64,000 nucleotides of DNA from Nitrosopumilaceae archaeon (lineage in GTDB: Archaea; Thermoproteota; Nitrososphaeria; Nitrososphaerales; Nitrosopumilaceae), in assembly GCA_965209085.1 (NCBI GenBank), contig OZ242376.1, positions 480,001 through 544,000 of the forward strand. The letters are read 5' to 3'. The stretch's first letter is position 1. Every line of letters begins with the position of its first letter. Shown here in pieces: positions 60,327 through 64,000 of the stretch. The notes beneath the pieces were generated by a model. That model saw only the letters and a list, made by a program, of their open reading frames with translations, did not search any database and had not been told where the DNA came from. The position numbers were made by a program, and so were the translations under genes.

Positions 60327-62303
60327 TTGTACTTGTATATGATACCTAAACATGCTCAATTATTATTGCCGATTTTAAAATTATGTCATGATAATAAATT
60401 CATTGATAGAAAAAAAAATTTATTGTCATTATTATCCAATCAATTTAAACTAACATCTGAAGAAATAAATAAAACCAAAGGTAGTGGTGGTGAAACAACA
60501 TTTGAAAATAGAATAAGATTGGCTGTATTTCATTTAGATAAAGCTGAATTAATTACTATAAATGGTGATAAAATACGCATAACAAATAATGGAAATGATG
60601 TTTACGCAAAAAATTTAAAAACTATAAGTTTTAAATTTTTAAAATCTATTCCAAAATACATGAGTTGGTATACTCAATCAACATCTAGTAGTAAAACTTC
60701 TGACTCAAATGCAATAAATTATTACATCATTCAACCAGGTTTGAATGGAGAATATTGGAAATATTGGGTAAATGAAAAACGAATTGGCATAAATTATTGT
60801 GATATTCCAGATCTGTTGAAACTAGAATTTATACGTGAGAAATCTACTAATGTATCATTAATAGATGAAATTATTTCAAAACAATCTAGTAATTTAGAAA
60901 TAAAAAAACCAAAAACATTGAAATCTGCTATTGAACAATGTAAATTATTTTTCCAAATAAAAAAAAATGATAAAATAATTGCATTAAAAAACAATACTAC
61001 AATATTGGGCATAGGTGTTATTGTCGGTGATTATTTTCACAAATCTACAGACAAGCAATGTCATAACTATAATATAAAATGGATTGACACTAGAGCGAGA
61101 AAAATCAAAAAAATCCCTAATCGTAAAACAATACGAAAAATATCTAAATCAATATATGATAAATCAATAAAATCCGAATCAAATACAGAATTTGATGAAT
61201 ATGAAAAAATATTAGAATTTGAAAAACAGATTATATTTCATGGGCCACCAGGTACCGGAAAAACTTATACTGCAAAAAAAGTTGCAGAATACCTCACTAG
61301 GAAAAATATTGCACCAAGTATGACATGCATGGATGCAATAATTAAAATTTTAAAAAAATCAAATAAAGAAATGAATAATAAAGAAATACTCGAAGAAATT
61401 AAGAAACACAAGTTAATTAAAATCACTGGTTCTACACCTTATGATACTATCAGTGCCAGAATGGTGGAAGATATAAAACGTAAAGGAGGAGAATCATATT
61501 TCATAAGGACTAGACCTAGTTATTATAAATTAAATGATAACGTTTATGACCTTGATAACATAGAAAATAACGTTAAAGAAAAACAATTCATAAAATATAT
61601 TACATTCCATCAATCGTATTCATACGAAGAATTTATTGAAGGATTAAAACCCATATCTCATAACGGTAAAATTTCATATTTTATTGAATCTGGCATACTT
61701 CATAAATTTTGCGAATCTGCAAATGCTGATATCGATAATAAGTATGTACTAGTAATAGATGAAATAAATCGAGGAAATATTTCAAAAATATTTGGTGAGA
61801 TAATAACATTAATCGAATCGGATAAAAGAGAAAACATGGTATTACAATTACCGTATTCTAAAGAAAATTTCACTATGCCGAAAAATTTGTATATAATTGG
61901 TACTATGAACACAACAGATAGAAGTCTTACACAAATTGACACTGCACTACGAAGAAGATTTGCATTTCAAGAGTTATTGCCAAATTATCAACTAATTGAA
62001 TATAATATAGGTGGAATTGATCTACATCGTCTTTTAAAACATATTAATGAAAAAATAATCGATGAGGGTATTAGAAATAAACAAATCGGGCATTCATATT
62101 TTATGAATTTAAAAAATAACTGGGATCTGCAATATGTTATGATGTACAAAATAATTCCGTTATTACAAGACTATTTTTTTAATGATTATGAAATTTTAGA
62201 AAATATATTGAGTACCACATTTATTGATCGTAAAAATGAAAAAATAAATAAAATACAAGATCCAATTAAATTCTTTGAAGCTTTAAAAAATGTGTTAAAA
62301 TGA
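60327..62303 (+). CDS. mcrB: McrB-family AAA+ GTPase with Mrr_N wHTH, EVE/PUA-like region and inserted HARE-HTH
   Basis: GPPGTGKT, FHQSYSYEEFIEG, IDEINRGN, GTMNTTDRS, ALRRRF, IGHSYF. Confidence 0.92.
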   Translation: MYLYMIPKHAQLLLPILKLCHDNKFIDRKKNLLSLLSNQFKLTSEEINKTKGSGGETTFENRIRLAVFHLDKAELITINGDKIRITNNGNDVYAKNLKTISFKFLKSIPKYMSWYTQSTSSSKTSDSNAINYYIIQPGLNGEYWKYWVNEKRIGINYCDIPDLLKLEFIREKSTNVSLIDEIISKQSSNLEIKKPKTLKSAIEQCKLFFQIKKNDKIIALKNNTTILGIGVIVGDYFHKSTDKQCHNYNIKWIDTRARKIKKIPNRKTIRKISKSIYDKSIKSESNTEFDEYEKILEFEKQIIFHGPPGTGKTYTAKKVAEYLTRKNIAPSMTCMDAIIKILKKSNKEMNNKEILEEIKKHKLIKITGSTPYDTISARMVEDIKRKGGESYFIRTRPSYYKLNDNVYDLDNIENNVKEKQFIKYITFHQSYSYEEFIEGLKPISHNGKISYFIESGILHKFCESANADIDNKYVLVIDEINRGNISKIFGEIITLIESDKRENMVLQLPYSKENFTMPKNLYIIGTMNTTDRSLTQIDTALRRRFAFQELLPNYQLIEYNIGGIDLHRLLKHINEKIIDEGIRNKQIGHSYFMNLKNNWDLQYVMMYKIIPLLQDYFFNDYEILENILSTTFIDRKNEKINKIQDPIKFFEALKNVLK

Positions 62304-63535
62304 ATCAAATTGAAATCAGAGAATATGATAAAAAAACCATAGAATATGTGATAAATGATGATGATAAAATTTTACTAGAAAAATTAAAAAGGAAACAAAT
62401 TCTTAATATTACAGAGGATCTCATAAATAAAAAATTACAGATCGAATCCCAAAGTTATATTGGCACTATAAAATTTTCCGATTTCATTTTGATTATATTT
62501 CCTAAAATATCTATTGAAAAAATTGTTGATCTATTAAATTACGTATTTGATATAAAATTAAAAATTTTTAATAACGATATATCGGAAAGATTTCAAATAC
62601 ACGATAAAAAGAATACATTAATTGAAATCATCATACATACATTTGTAAAAGAATGTCAATGTGTTTTACAACATGGACTGATAAAATCATATGTTTCTCA
62701 TGAAAATAACCAGACATTTTTAAGAGGTAAACTATTAGTTAATCGTCAAATTATTAATGATTCGTGCATGAATTTACAATTTATGTGTGAATATGATGAA
62801 TATGATTCAAACATATTGGAAAACCAAATATTACTTTTTTGTCTTCATCAATGTTATAATATAACAAATAATATGAAAAATAAAAAAAATATTCTTCAAA
62901 TAGCTGAAATGTTTGAAGGAGTAACTATTAACAAAAATATCATATCTAGTGATTTTGATGACATTAGTTATAACCAACTAAATGATCATTATATAGCTGC
63001 ACACGATTTATCCAAATTGATAATAGACGGTCTTATAATGTCTGATGATAAAAATTCTGATGTTTCCGTAAGCTCATTTTTTATTGACATGAATAGAATT
63101 TTTGAAAAATTTATCACCAAGTTATTTATTGATTTTTATCCTATGAAATGTTCCAAACAAAAAAAATCAACACCATTTATTCATGGCTTAAACGTTGATT
63201 CCACATTTAGCATAATACCAGATATTTTACTTGAAGAAAAAAATATAATCAAGGATATTATTGATATAAAATATAAATATAAATATGTAAATGGAGATAT
63301 ATACCAAATTTCATTTTATGCAAAATATTATAAAAAAAATATTGCACATATTATATTACCTACAATCAAACAAACTTATAATCAATCAATTCGATTAAAT
63401 AATCAAGAATTTACGATTAATATAATATATATAAATATTGATGATTTTTTAAATGAAATACATTCTAATTTTAATGATAAATCTAGTATAAATATTACAA
63501 TAAAATTAAAAAAATTACTGACAAATATTATTTAG
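62300..63535 (+). CDS. mcrC: McrC-family PD-(D/E)XK nuclease
   Basis: PKI, LRGKL, DMNRIFEKF, PDI...IDIKYK, DIYQ..FY; ATGA overlap with mcrB. Confidence 0.92.
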   Translation: MNQIEIREYDKKTIEYVINDDDKILLEKLKRKQILNITEDLINKKLQIESQSYIGTIKFSDFILIIFPKISIEKIVDLLNYVFDIKLKIFNNDISERFQIHDKKNTLIEIIIHTFVKECQCVLQHGLIKSYVSHENNQTFLRGKLLVNRQIINDSCMNLQFMCEYDEYDSNILENQILLFCLHQCYNITNNMKNKKNILQIAEMFEGVTINKNIISSDFDDISYNQLNDHYIAAHDLSKLIIDGLIMSDDKNSDVSVSSFFIDMNRIFEKFITKLFIDFYPMKCSKQKKSTPFIHGLNVDSTFSIIPDILLEEKNIIKDIIDIKYKYKYVNGDIYQISFYAKYYKKNIAHIILPTIKQTYNQSIRLNNQEFTINIIYINIDDFLNEIHSNFNDKSSINITIKLKKLLTNII

Positions 63536-63584
63536 ATGTGCATACAATGAATCGTATATTAACACAATAGACCGTCATAATCAT

Positions 63585-64000
63585 TAGGCCTTATGCATAA
63601 TCAATCACTGAGACATACGGTTTCGACTATGACGCTGTCATGATCAAAGTACACATGGCCTAAAACCTTCAAGCAGACAACAAAATAAATCAAAATATCA
63701 TATGCATGACAAAAAGCAGAATATTATGCGTGACTGTATGCACAAAGATGTGCTACTTGATTTGAGCGCAAACTTTTTCCAACGGTTCGATATACTTGCG
63801 ATCCTTTAACATGATGTGCAGATTGGTCAGTCCTGTAACCACTTGGATTTCTGTATAAAACGCATCCATTGTATCATCATATACGGCACTCATTCTGCGG
63901 AACCATTTGAGCCGGTTTATGGCATGCTCTACTTTTATGCGCTTACGACTGATTCTCTTGCTGTATTCACGTTCCGTCTCTGTCAGCCCCTTACCCTTTG
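63585..64000 (-). mobile_element. IS5-family (ISL2 group, DDE_Tnp_4) element, partial; transposase C-terminus 63753..>63998
   Basis: KGKGLTETEREYSKRISRKRIKVEHAINRLKWFRRM...; terminus TAGGCCTTATGCATAAT at 63585. Confidence 0.8.

Overview
Archaeal chromosome segment, almost certainly an ammonia-oxidising thaumarchaeote (Nitrosopumilaceae-like). The evidence is aEF-1alpha/rps10/Rpo12, FBP aldolase/phosphatase, PolB1, parvulin, split methylmalonyl-CoA mutase with MeaB and epimerase, and PPDK. A backbone of housekeeping genes (lig, fbp, tuf, tat, purSQLF, birA, cysS, two tandem ahcY, metG, ilvC, M1 peptidase, mcm/mce, ppdK, tpiA, polB, Hef helicase, menA) is interrupted by at least six visibly AT-richer micro-islands, several bounded by IS or MITE remnants. 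(1) ~16.0-18.6 kb: an uncharacterised two-gene cassette between imperfect direct repeats, with a 36-bp-period mini array upstream. (2) ~29.7-36.4 kb: a coupled operon of SNF2 helicase, YqhG-like Cys-rich repeat protein and Mrr-type nuclease, plus IS66/IS630 debris and a probable TA pair. (3) ~42.9-45.8 kb: an operon of Nmad-like protein, a hidden zinc-ribbon microprotein and a MazG-like protein, converging on an atypical UDG. (4) A lone KAP NTPase. (5) A DUF559-like nuclease bracketed by inverted ~80-bp MITEs, plus an HNH nuclease. (6) McrBC with a HARE-HTH inserted in the AAA+ domain, next to an IS5/ISL2-type transposase. Islands 2 and 3 are the best candidates for undescribed defence or nucleotide-modification systems. 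No tRNA, rRNA or canonical CRISPR-cas locus was seen. All family assignments are from motif recognition by eye, not database searches.
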